This document shows positions 49,366 through 62,200 of a DNA stretch of 64,000 bases, in pieces (position 1 is the first letter of the stretch; the number at the start of each line of letters is the position of its first letter). The notes beneath the pieces were generated by a model. That model worked only from the letters and a program-made list of their open reading frames with translations. It made no database searches and was not told the DNA's origin. The DNA is from Phoronis australis (Eukaryota; Animalia; Phoronida): the NCBI GenBank assembly GCA_002633005.1, contig NMRA01000300.1:10336-74335 (forward strand), in the 5' to 3' direction. Both the position numbers and the translations under genes were made by a program.

Positions 49366-52109
49366 TCCCTCTACGAACCTTCTCGACGCTAAATGTACTT
49401 TGCATTCTCTTCACTCTATACACTTTGTCTATGATCCGAACGGTATGGCGAACGACCTGGGTTCAACCCATGACGTTGTACATAATTATTATTTTTTTCA
49501 ATTTTTGCGTGTATCTTTATGAGCTGTGCACTAAAGGCACTGAAATCAAGTAAGATATAATAATAAAATTTATTTTGAGGTACTAGAGTCATGTTGTGTA
49601 CACTTTAAGGAAGGAATCACGTGAAAATTCATACACCCCATGTTAAAGTTTGGACATTATGATCCTTGGTGGGTGGACCTTCCCCACAGTTGCCGTGTAA
49701 TCCGCTTGCTCGTTTAGCAAACTTTGAAAGGAGTGTTCAAAACTTTCAGCAAACTTTTAAGGGTTGTCAATGGTTACAGAGTATTATTTTGTTTCGGAGA
49801 ACTCTAGTGGGTGGGGAATCGGTCAACAGGTCAAACCCGGATTTGATATTCTTTTAAAAATGCAAGAATGTACTTAACTTTCCATATTCGTTCGACATGC
49901 AGGCAATTTCGTATGCTCATGAAATTAATAGTACGCGTAAGTTGTTTTCCGTACATGATGGCGTTCTCCCGTTCAGGGACTTTACCAGACGTAGAGCAGA
50001 GAGGATTGTGAGCGGGTGATAACATCTAGCTCCTTTGTTAACTGCCAAGCACAGTCTTTTGTCTGGTATGACTACAGGCAGGCCAATTATCTGCCAGTCT
50101 TATTACAGACCTCGTGTGAACACAGTCAAACCCGGAGCGAATTGGTACGTTCGGGAAGAATAGAATGTCGGTTGTAGGTGGGCGATTTTGCCGATTCAAA
50201 AATTCAACATAATCAGCATTTGACGAGGAATTCAGAAATGCTATTGGTTTATGTTCAAATATGTAATAACTTGACTTTTGTTTTTAACAGCACAGCCCAG
50301 TCAGGCTAGATAGGATCTTATTGAAATTAGAGCAATTATCGAACAAAAGAGAGCTGGCCCTCCAACCATGAATGCCAGAATGAAGTTAATCAGTCGAGTA
50401 AGATATTGGCTATAGGGGTAAACTTCCCAACTTGTTGTTGGGCTATAGAATTGAACAAAATGGGATAAAGGGAAAAACGTCGTAATTATACATGTAGTAA
50501 ACCACTCGACGCATATAATAACTGAAGTATCGTTTACTTTTTCATGTAAAAGTATAAAATTAAACCTGGGTTCGAAAATTTATGAGTAGTGAACGTTCAG
50601 AGTAGTGCGCTGTGCCCATTTCAAAAACGCAAAAATACAACCAGATAAAAAATTCGTCACGTCATTCTCAGACTAAAAAAAATCCGTCTGAGTATGTATT
50701 TAAGCAAGCCTGATTTGAAAGTTTGGCGGGTCGATCTTTGCAAAATATCAAGGGTCCAATGTTCCAGAAATTCGAACCACCCCCTGCGCAATGCTGTCTA
50801 CGGACCTGCACTAACAATGACAGCGACCATGTTGTCAATTACTTACAAAACCTGCACCCCATTTTGGGTGTGAGAAGTGCGAATTCGTGAAATAATACAA
50901 CAAGAAAACTATAATGCACTCCAATAAAAAAGTGGTGACTCGAAAGTCATATGTGTATCTTTTGATGTTGCAGGTCTCCATAAATATACTGCGAAACAGA
51001 TAAAGGCATCTTTCATGATAATTAGTTTGTTTTGACAGTTTCTACTAACGACTAGCGTTCGTTCTGATAAATGCGAGTGTAAAACACCTGTCCAAATTGA
51101 ATGAAAGTCAAGGTGAACATTTACAGCCGAGGATATACTCTTAATGGCACTACTACTGGTTTAACGCGTTCTCGCAGTTTTAAATGTCGTTTACAAGCAC
51201 CGAAACCAGGCCAAATAAGCTAACCAAATGGTTAAATTAAAATTGTCACTTTTAATTAACGTAAATTGAATTTTCAATGCGTCTTTTTGTGACTGTGGAG
51301 GTAGTTATGCGCCTGGCTAAATACTTTGTGTTGTAACTCACTTGGCAGCTGCTCACCTCAAGTTGAAGGCTAATGGAGGTGTTAGTGTGCGTCCACATAA
51401 CATTTGGGAACATTCTCTGGTATTTCAAATGACATAAAATCATAACAAACTGTGTAAGATGTTTAATGCTATGTTCCATCAACCTGACTCCGTTTAAATG
51501 ACCGACGTGCTGCTTGCAAGGTTTGAAATGTGAACCTATTCAGTTCTGTTGTCGAGTTTCCAAATTCTTAAGTCAACGACTAGTCTGTGTCCTTACCTTA
51601 ATGTATAGAAAAAAAAAATAGCTAGTAAAGAGCTTGTACAATTTGATCTTTGGCTTCATGTCATCTTTGCTGGGTCACGTGATCACGTCTTTTTAGTAAA
51701 ACCTAGCAAACAAGGAAGGTTCATCCATACTAATAACATGACCATAAACAACCTCGTTTTGATAACCTCTCTTACAAACAGTGGAGAACAATGCATGAAG
51801 GATAATATCTGAAATTTTCATATAAATTTGAACTGTTATTTCTGAGATATGATGTTCGAATTTGCCAATTTTTGACATTTTCGAGGGTCCTACATAACCT
51901 AAAATAATTTAGAATTTGCAGACGAGCTGCAGCAGAAGCACACTCAAACAGTTAATAAATATCCAGATAGTGCACAACTTCAGCTGCATGTCCGGGAAAT
52001 GAAGTTGTGTAATATTTTGCTGTTTATTAAATTTAGAATTTGAACTACAGCAGAGATAAAACGTTCAATTCGTTATTTCCAACTATAGCCCCATTATGAG
52101 CTGCTCCAT

Positions 52110-52206
52110 GCTCACCGCTCATCGCTCCCCGCTCACCGCTCACCGCTCCCCGCTCACCGCTCCCCGCTCACCGCTCCCCGCTCACCGCTCACCGCTCCTC
52201 GCTCAC
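52110..52206. repeat. 7-bp tandem repeat (ccgctca/ccgctcc)
   Basis: About 13 copies directly visible. Confidence 0.9.
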
Positions 52207-55200
52207 TTCATGGGGTACTACATATAAATGTGCCACATGATATCACGGCAAGCTATACGTTCGATGATATTATGAAAAAACATATGTTTGGTGATATTGC
52301 GAAAATATTAAAGTTTGGAGATACTATGACAAGATATAGGTTTGACGATCGGATATCATATTATCATGGAAAGTCATAAGTTTGATGGTATCATGACAAG
52401 ATATTCGTTTAATGCAGCTGTTGTCACTTTCACAGTGAATCATCTAGTCAGGCATCTTCGCAGTCATTTTACGAAACACTCTGAGAATGAGAAATTATGC
52501 TTGTCTAATAAAACTAGTAAACCAGTTTTTTTTATTCAACTGTAGTGAGGAACGCACGCCTGCAGATGTTATCATCTGGACCCACTTCACTCGTTGTCTA
52601 GTGTTCTCTCTACAGGTAGTGACCGTATGACGAGCTCTAATGCGGTCTCTAAGTGGATTCTTACCTCCAAATGTACCTGGCTTTTAATGCACTCGTCTAT
52701 GTAATTCCGTCTTGATATCATGCAATTAACGCAGTTAAAGAGCAAACACTATCCCTGTCTAGAGCCAAGGGAGATAACTTCACATTGTTCATGCCCTGCT
52801 CACTTACAAACAGGACATTGAAATAAAGTTAAAACATTCGCTAAAGGTCGCCATAAGCTAAAACCAAGATCTCACGCCAGTGAAAATATTTCTTGAATAT
52901 GCTATGGACCTTACTAGCCAGTCCTAGCAAAATGTTGGCCACTGACGTGTCTAGTGGGTGAGGTTGGAGTGTTGAATTGTGGCAGTTGAATTCATTGTTA
53001 GTTTCCTTTGCAAAAGCGAAGTTTTCACCGCAAGCGCAAGCTAAGTTTTTATGATCTACGGAACTCAGCCTAGGTTTTGATATATTTCTGGGTACGGTCA
53101 TGGTCTCATGCATGCTTCTACTTGAAATTCATACCCGGATAATTTCACTCAACTTTTTATACAAGAAATCCTAATATTTTAATGTCAGCATTTCCTGAAT
53201 AGATTCTGGTATCAGCTGAGCTGATTATCAGAATTTATTCCCATATTTTCCATTGCAAGTAAGACGGTGGTTACATTATTATACATTATTATACATTATT
53301 ATACAACCCTAAATGGAACCTAGTGAAAATAATTGATTATTTTCGCAACATTGCTGTCCTTATTTGACGTTTTTTGGCCTTTGATATCACTTACTAAATA
53401 CTATAACATTCCACAACCAATTCTGAGTAAATGTTGACTCGGTTATGCCCAGGTCCCAATCGGATATGTTCAAAAGATTGACTTCGCGGGAACGAAGGAG
53501 TTGCAGTGTCGAGGCACCCAAATGTTTGAGCAGGCACCTATTTTGGGCAATCCCATCATACCACCTGATTGGTTAGGTGATTATTATTTCATGCATGAAG
53601 GTGAGGCTTCTGTCGTTGCTTTTTCAATACATTTAAGCTGAGTTGTTTCGCCGCTGTTCCTCAGAAAATAAAGCACGGTGAGCCCACACAGAGATGTATA
53701 TGTACAGTATAGATAATGTGGATGAGAACGCATTGGAACAATACGCAAATGGGGTTTAGCTGAAGACTCCGGGGTAAGGGGAAAATGGTTAAAATTGTAG
53801 CCAATCGACAGCCTTCAGATGACTGGTCTGATATCAACCACTACCCACTGACTCCACTGTTTTCCACGAAAATGAGCGACACCTTCGTGGAACAGTTAAT
53901 TCTTATTCATTAATGACTAACTAATTGCATTCCTAAATTTATTAAATGACTAACTACAACATTTTATGACAAAAATCTACATCAACGATAGTTGAAGTAA
54001 TACTTGACTTGAATTAGTTCAATCAATGGGCCACGGTCAGCCACTGATCCAGCATGTTGAAAAAGTTTCATACATATCAGCTCAGTATCGGGCCGCTTGC
54101 GATGTTCAGAATATTCTCGAAATGTGATTCCTCCCCCGGAAAGCTTTACTTTTATGCTTACAGTGGAATCAATGATAACTTTTGCAACAATATTACAGGG
54201 AAAACAGCCAGTAGAGGGCGTTTGATCATTTGGCTTTTTGACTGAACTTCCGTTAAGAAATGTCCATCCTTGTTAATTTCCTATATTAATGCATTTTCCG
54301 TGTAGAAATGAATTAGTTTTATCAAAATGGAAATCTTTGCTCACCCCAAGTTGCTGCACTTTAGGCGTTTTCTATTTCTGACAAAAACCTAAAGAATTTT
54401 TTAACCAAATCAGATATTAGTTTCTAAATGGAACTTGGGAGACAAACTTCACATGGCGTATTCCCAAGATAGACACATACACTGTAGACGCTCTACACGT
54501 ATTCTGTCCAAAGATAGTAGCAGAGCATTTATAGAAAGGCAGCGCTAATTGAATCATGGAAGACGATTGCAATGAAAGTAAATTAATCATTTGTGAAACG
54601 GATATTTGTCGTTCAATCGTCTCGCTTGACTACTTCCAAGTTTCCTTATAATTACTTCAAAGTAACTTTTATTGAAATATTGGATAAGTGTCTCAATAAT
54701 TTGACACACGTCTCTCTTAATTAAGTTAATTCACTTGTGAGCCGTTATTTGAATCCAGTGATAGAGCGCGGGAAAGAAGACAGTTGTCATAACATTGCTG
54801 GAGTTACGAGTTATCCTTTAACAATGTTATGACACGTTTAAAACATTGCTGGATCCGCGTTTAGGGCGAATAATTCGGATAAACTCGAGATTAAGGTTAT
54901 CTAGGACCAACCCTAGGCCTTGCCAAGAATTGTACGATGACCCTTAACTTACTTCAAAATCCAACGGCTGCCTGGTGCTTTGGTAATTGACCCAATTACG
55001 TTGCAAACCCAGCAGAATTGATGAGGCACGCATTATTGCAACTTTTGAACAACCGTTTTAGGTTGTAAAAGTCACATTTCTTGTCCGATTTTCAAAATCC
55101 AAAAACCTAATCACGCGTGCTTTTCGCGAAATATTGAAATATGCTATTTACAAACCTTCAAAACGAAAATCTAATAATGCTACTGTCGCATACAGTCTGT

Positions 55201-55605
55201 TTATGGTGGGTCTCATTATCTAGAGAACGATAACATCAGCAGCCTAAGGCGATTTATTAATCCATAACAGCATGGTGTATTTTATCTAAATCGTCATATT
55301 CTGAGGTACGCAAACCGGTCGAATTGCCTAATCTCGACCGGTTAGGGTACCCTAAGCGCCACCTATAGTGTGAAAGAGTGTACCAGTTTTGGTGTCAACG
55401 CAGCGTTCTGTACATGCTGTNNNNNNNNNNNNNNNNNNNNNNNNNNNNNNNNNNNNNNNNNNNNNNNNNNNNNNNNNNNNNNNNNNNNNNNNNNNNNNNN
55501 NNNNNNNNNNNNNNNNNNNNNNNNNNNNNNNNNNNNNNNNNNNNNNNNNNNNNNNNNNNNNNNNNNNNNNNNNNNNNNNNNNNNNNNNNNNNNNNNNNNN
55601 NNNNN

Positions 55606-55731
55606 TCACTCTCTTTAAAATGTACCACATATGCACGGGGGCGGGGACACTCTCTTTAAAATTTGTCACTTATGAACAGGGGCGGGGGGACACTCTCTTT
55701 AAAAGTACCACTTATGCACGGGGGCGGGGGC
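55606..55731. repeat. ~41-bp minisatellite abutting the gap at 55421-55605
   Basis: 3 copies of cactctctttaaa...cacttatgcacgggggcgggg. The array probably continues into the gap. Confidence 0.85.
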
Positions 55732-58602
55732 TACCAAAAATAGGACTTTAGTGATTATCTTAAACAAACCATAAAGTTACATAGAACTGAAACGCAGTGG
55801 TATTGTAAACACAGGTTTTGATATTTCACCTGTGCGAGTATTTTTATCAAATGAAATTTGATCATGTTATTGATACCGTTGTTTTGTTATCGATGTAGTT
55901 TTCTTTTTTGCTAAAGTTTACTTAAAAGACATGGTCACGCGACCAAATTAATAACGCGTTCCCCTTTAGCACAATGCATATATACTTTTACTGAGTTAAA
56001 ATCTATAGTTTTGTAGATATTTGACAAAATACGCTGTCACTTAGTCCAACATAATCTTAAGGTGTGTTGCTGTATATTACTACATCAAACGAATGACAGT
56101 CATCTTGATTCCGATAAAAAATCCACAGATGCCTGTTTTCCTGTCTTCTCCATCAATAACGGCGGTACCATTTAACGGGTATCCCATAATAGTCTGGAAC
56201 AGTAGAGGGCACTGTTCTCACTTGGATTTGCTTATCAGAACACCCGTCAATGGACTCGTGACTCTTTCTCAGCTTCGCTCAGTCGAGAAATGTTAATGTA
56301 AAAAATGGAAAATTTCGAGTCATTTCACATCAGAAGCCCTACAGATGAACACAGAAACTTTAATGTATTTTTCATTTTTGACCCTTTTACTCCTCGACTG
56401 AAAAGCAAAGAAGGCTAAGAAAAAAGGGCAAAATACAAAACACAAAATCACCACTTTTCGCCCCTGGCAACCCCCCGCCTCCTGCCGTTGCACGAAATAA
56501 GCCAAAATTAAATTTTGAACGCAAATTTCCAACTGATTCCAAAAATGTGGTCCAAAAGTACTATCAATTGCAATTCTGACTTGTTAGAGGACTGAAATTG
56601 CAACCCGATTCGGATTTCTCAGTCATTCGCCACACAATTGCACAATTGCAACACGGGCCGCATTCTTGAAGAAGAGTGCAGCTACAGCGGAGCAAGTGGT
56701 CTCTTTTCGCATTCCCAACATGTTCACAACTACAAACAAACCACATTCACTGAGCCTACATGCAACACCTACCTCAAAAATGCCCCCCAACCCTCGCCTA
56801 GCCCTAGATTTTAATATTTTGGCAGTGCAAATTGGTCGGGGCCGCAGCCTAACTGTTCAGTGCCATCTTACCAATTGTCCTCAACTCGATCTCTCGCTGC
56901 ATATAATTAACATATAATTAGCATTGTTTTGCAACCTCATTGGTATATTTTATTAGAATTCAGCAAGACTGTGGTTATTAACTTCCATGTATAGATATTG
57001 TGTTGAACAATAATTAATGAAAATCTCATCGTTTTTATAATTTCCAGCGCTGAATCGAAAACTATTGTTACGGCGAGAACCGGTGATATTTTCAATGAGA
57101 CGGCGCTAATCATTTGAGATCCCAAAAGGCAAAATCTATTATTATTAGCCTAATGCTTTAATTTGCGATGCGTGCTGAGATATCGGCAAATTAAGCCCAG
57201 ACTCCGTCAGGGAGCTTCGTTCCAAAGCAAAGGGGCAACTTGTCTGAGGAAAGGATAATGTTCCATGAAACACAGCTGAAAGCCCGTTTGTAGTCGTTGT
57301 TGTCGCGATACCTGATACCATTGTTGAGCTGCATCGCTGTGAAACGAAGCCACAATCGGTGTTACGCCATCGAATATTCTAATAAATCGGGTCTAAAGGC
57401 GTTCCATTGTGCGCTCGCAGCAGCAGAATATAAACGGCATAAGAATTTTATGAAGCGGGATTACGTCACCTGATACGTCGAATCTTGTAGCGCTTGGTCT
57501 ACACGGCTGGTCTCGTGGTCAGATAATCGGGTAGATGTGGAATATGACCCTCTCGTGCTCGGTTGAGTGCCGAAAAGAGCATTATGTGAACATATCCACG
57601 ACTTAGGAGACATTATCTTTATGTTACAAGAAGACACACTTACGAGGAGAAAGGTTAGCACTTGGACACTCGTAACGGAAATAACACATATTATGCACTG
57701 CCACAGCGATACTTGAAGGTAAGGTACGTCTACTTTAAATATTAGAGGTTTACTAACCACACGGCGCGTCCCCTTTCACTGGCGTATAATGTTCATTGAC
57801 AAGCTGTGAGTGTTTACTACAGCTATCATGAGAATAGGTATCCGTCAGTCTCAAAAAACAACTTTTGATTTAAACAATTCACCGCTGTGTGGTTTTAAAT
57901 CGTTCAGGGCTTCGAAATAGCTGACAACTCCTTATTGCTTGTTTTTTCACGGCGGGTCATTTTACGTGATGAGCATGGTCCCAAGATACAACGAAGTGTC
58001 AGTATATCCGTAACATAAATCAAACTTATTGTTAAAGTACATTTTAATAATCAAAAAAATTACATTGAAGAAAACTCAAAAAATCAAATTTAAAAATCTT
58101 ACGCATTCGTAGAACTTAACTCGGACCAGTTACCGTGGGCCATAAAAATTGAGAGTTGCAATCACGCCTTATATTGTTTGGAATAAAACACTGTATCAAA
58201 TCTAACGGCAGTGGCCGCAACATCAACAGTGTTAGCGTCGGGACTAAGTGCATTGTGCATGAAAATATGCAATGAGAAGCCAACTGCATCGGAGTACGTG
58301 TTTTTTGAATTTAGGCTAATTGTTCGTCGCTGCGTGCAGTACTGAGGTAGCAAAGAAAAACCGAATCGAAAAGGGACAAAAATATTAATTTGAGCCCCGC
58401 ATGGGCCAGTGCAATTGAACAATGGCTATTTTTTCTAAAATGATCCCTGGATGCACACACGCGCACACGCACGCACGCACGCACGCACACACATACACAC
58501 AACGAACGGCTGTACTTATCACAAATACAGTACATTCAGTCATTTTACTTATAGGCCTATTGACACTAAAATAGTTGTAAAAGTGTATAAATACACAGAG
58601 GA

Positions 58603-59274
58603 CCAAGTGAACGAATTATAACTGTATATGTGTATGTGTATGTCTTATGCGTCCATGAATGATTGGATTTATTTAGTCAACATGGATACATGGCATGAAC
58701 TAGTGAAACTATGAGAAACACACTGATAAAACAGTAGATGATAGACAAAATGCAGACTGAAAACTACTACATGTACAAGGCACAAAGTTTTAAACAGAGC
58801 GTCCATTTTTTAAAGCCATCAAAACACTCAACATTTACGTCCTTGCGTCGATTGGACACCTGTTGCGGATATACCTGACAATCTGTTATATCCGTGGTTT
58901 ATCAGCTCCAAAGACAACGACCGGTCACTTCTCTATCTCANCCAAGTGAACGAATTATAACTGTATATGTGTATGTTTTTATGCGTCCATGAATGATTGG
59001 ATTTATTTAGTCAACATGGATACATGGCATGAACTAGTGAAACTGTGAGAAACACACTGATAAAACAGTAGATGATAGACAAAATGCAGACTGAAAACTA
59101 CTACATGTACAAGGCACAAAGTTTTAAACAGAGCGTCCATTTTTTAAAGCCATCAAAACACTCAACATTTACGTCCTTGCGTCGATTGGACACCTGTTGC
59201 GGATATACCTGACAATCTGTTATATCCGTGGTTTATCAGCTCCAAAGACAACGACCGGTCACTTCTCTATCTCA
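58603..59274 (+). repeat. ~335-bp direct duplication split by a single N; probable contig-overlap artifact
   Basis: 58603-58940 and 58942-59274 are nearly identical, differing by a short indel in the tatgtg repeat and a few substitutions. The N is at 58941. Confidence 0.9.
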
Positions 59275-62200
59275 GTCCAAAGGTCTTTGTTTATCGATTG
59301 TTTACACTACATCTATACATTTCCTCACTTTTGTCCACTATGCTCAAACTTGTACTATTTGGAACAATCGAAATGTTTGACAAAGTTTACCCACTATGCT
59401 AGAATTATGTTGCACGATAATTTGATTAACGAAGTTCAATTAAGAATACGAAACTGGCGTCATCTTCACCGGCAACAATTCGTACGCATTTTAAACTTTA
59501 CCAGTGAATGTGCAGGCCTGAACTGTACATGTATGTGCCGCGGTGACTCGGGGGCCGTAATGACACCGGAACAAGCTTGCTCCAGGACGGCACGTATCTT
59601 TGTGACGACAAAACTGACAAACCACCGAAACCCAGAGGTAGGCTTGACCCATGGTCAATGAACTGCTCATCCAGATTTGAAGCGACCTGCTGAACAAAGT
59701 TACGCAACCGAACATTTATATAGACTTAAGCGGCTTTTATATTTAGACAAAAACGGATATTTAAACTTCTAATTTTGCCAATTTATGGTCAATTTATAAT
59801 AAACCCTGATTTATCCATTCACTTGATGAAGTAGATAATACTAGACGTGAAAACTAAAACTGACCTTCACAGAACAGTTCCAAGATGAATGTAAACTGTT
59901 TACATAGAGTGACAGTCTCTCTCTCTCTACATCAGCCTAACGGATCTTTTGAAGGTGTATTTTACCTAGCTGTTCAAAAATGCCAAACTTTCACGAATGG
60001 TCAAGCAAGTGAACGTGGTACCTATTTTTGTTCTGCTGTAATTTTGTTTGAAAAATCAATTGAAGTTCTGAAATCAGCCAATTGAGTTAAACACGTTTAG
60101 TTTTTCACGATTTCAATAAGTTCGGTGCGGAAAATATGTGCAATATTTTTCATTGGCCTGACGCAGCCAAATTTTGAAGTCGCAGGTTTTTACATGGGAA
60201 AACACGCGTAATCTCACATTAAACACCAAGTCATACTCCTGAAAGTCGCTGAAGTGAACTTGTTGCGTGTGACAGTGACATACGTGCATCAATACCGAAA
60301 ACATTTCGCCAATGTTTTTTTTTCTCAGCATTATAACCCAAGGCGACACTTTGCACCGCGTGAGCGGAGCGTGATGAGATGAACGCGATTATGTAAAAAT
60401 GAAACCAATTCCATCTGAATCGGTTTCGAACCGTACTTCAGATAGCAACATCACCACAGGCGTTCCATCTTGATCACAGACAAGTCTGTTTGGTCCCGCT
60501 GGTTACTAACATGGAATGTCGATAACCTTGATATTTATAGAGGGGAGTCTCTTCTGTCTGTGATTGGAAAAGTTTTTAATTATATGCGCCTTAATTTTTG
60601 GACATTGGGAATTATATAAAGGGCTTAGAAAGGTATGCGGATAGTCGACTATTGTCCAGATGCGTGAGTAAAAAAGGACGTCGTTCAAATTATGGATTCT
60701 TGGTTGTGAAATTCATTCATCGAAAAATGTTTACGCAAAGAATTCGGGATTTTACGCCACTTTACACTTACATCTTGATACGCTGCAATAACTTTGTAAC
60801 GTGTCTAAGAGGTCGTTATACGCTCACGTGACACAGTTATGACACGATGGGAAAGAAAACAGAGTCTGGAAAGAAATGTGGAATGAATTTTAATACGTGG
60901 CTCATGCTAGTCGTGTGTATTACATTTACTACCAACGTACTGAATAAACCGGTGGAAATTGTTCTAGCAGCGTCGTCCAGGTCACTCACATCGAGCTATA
61001 GACCTACCACGCCGACAGGAGGCGCGTTCCAAAACGAGGCTCGCTACGATAGCTTGGCTTATCGGCCCAGTTGTATTCCACGTTGCTCGAACGGTTAAAA
61101 AAAATACGGACTGTCTGTTCCTAAGGACATTGAGATTCGGAAGTGTTAGGTCGTTGCCATACGCCCCGACGAAGGAAAATTTGAGAGCGAATAAAATGCT
61201 GCTTGAGACAGTATTAGTGAGAGCTTGCAACAGGGCAGGGGTGCTATTGATGGGAACCGGGGGGAAGATTTTTCCCTCACTCGGCGAAAAAATCCCGTCT
61301 CAGTGCGCACAGGCACATTTCCCTTGGATGAACGAGGCCCCTACAGAAACATGATAACTATGCTTGCTTTGTCTAGTTAACTGAAATTGAACTCTAAAAC
61401 GAGGTTATGCTTTTTGGACGAACGAATTAGGTGTTTTAATTTTAAAATTCAACTTGGTCCAGATTCATATTTGAAGCCTAACACATGAAATAGACGTAAT
61501 AATTCTTAAAACCAAAAAGCAAAATTGATGGTCAAATAAATTTTATTTTCAGTTACGAGCCTGGTTATTTATGTCAATAAAAATATGTCTAATAACTTCA
61601 AGTATTCTTTCAGATCAATGACAAATCAACCTAGGCTATGCTTGATGTTAAAGTCATAAAAGCACACCTTTTTAACCCTTATTAAATGGTTAGAAGACAT
61701 CATAAAGAACCACGCAGTACTTATCCCATAACCAATACACAGTCCGTAGTCACTCACGATTTCTACCCGAAGATCGCATCACCATTTTGAACTAACCGCT
61801 AAACCGGAAGTGGAATTCATTCAGGAACCCAGTATACGCCGGCAGTGCGACTAGAGCAGTGTCTGTTACCAACCTGCAAACGATGATAAAATAATCGACA
61901 GCGGACCTCAACTTTAATAACACCAAAATAGGGACAATTTGTACTGAAAATGTTGACAAAATGTGGCAAAATAAATTTTGACCGAAATTATTTTGCAGCA
62001 CAAAAGACGAAGGCATGGTGTCCCGACAGTTTTATCGGAATAAACGGTTAAAATCATGAATGCGTATACATACAAAGGTGGTTTCCGACACTTGTATAAA
62101 ACTACGGACTAGTAGCAGTCCTGCGCCAACAATTGAAGAACAACCGGGGACGACTATGGCGGGCTAGGATAAGCATGTTTTACTGGGTTTAATTAACTCT

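Larger units (their letters stand above)
48645..49604. mobile_element. Internally deleted Kolobok transposon retaining the starts of both genes
   Basis: TTAA|acagtacacaccatg ... catgttgtgtacact|TTAA (12/15 TIR match), containing convergent KolX-like and THAP remnants. Confidence 0.85.

Noticed and set aside
49104-49553. 149-aa + strand ORF
   Set aside because: It is an antisense shadow of the THAP remnant.
59197-59661. 154-aa ORF
   Set aside because: It has a non-ATG start, begins within the artifactual duplication, and shows no recognisable motif.
60405-60482. tRNA or tRNA-derived SINE head on the minus strand (ggttcgaaacc B-box)
   Set aside because: The A-box is poor and no cloverleaf is evident, so the evidence is insufficient for a call.
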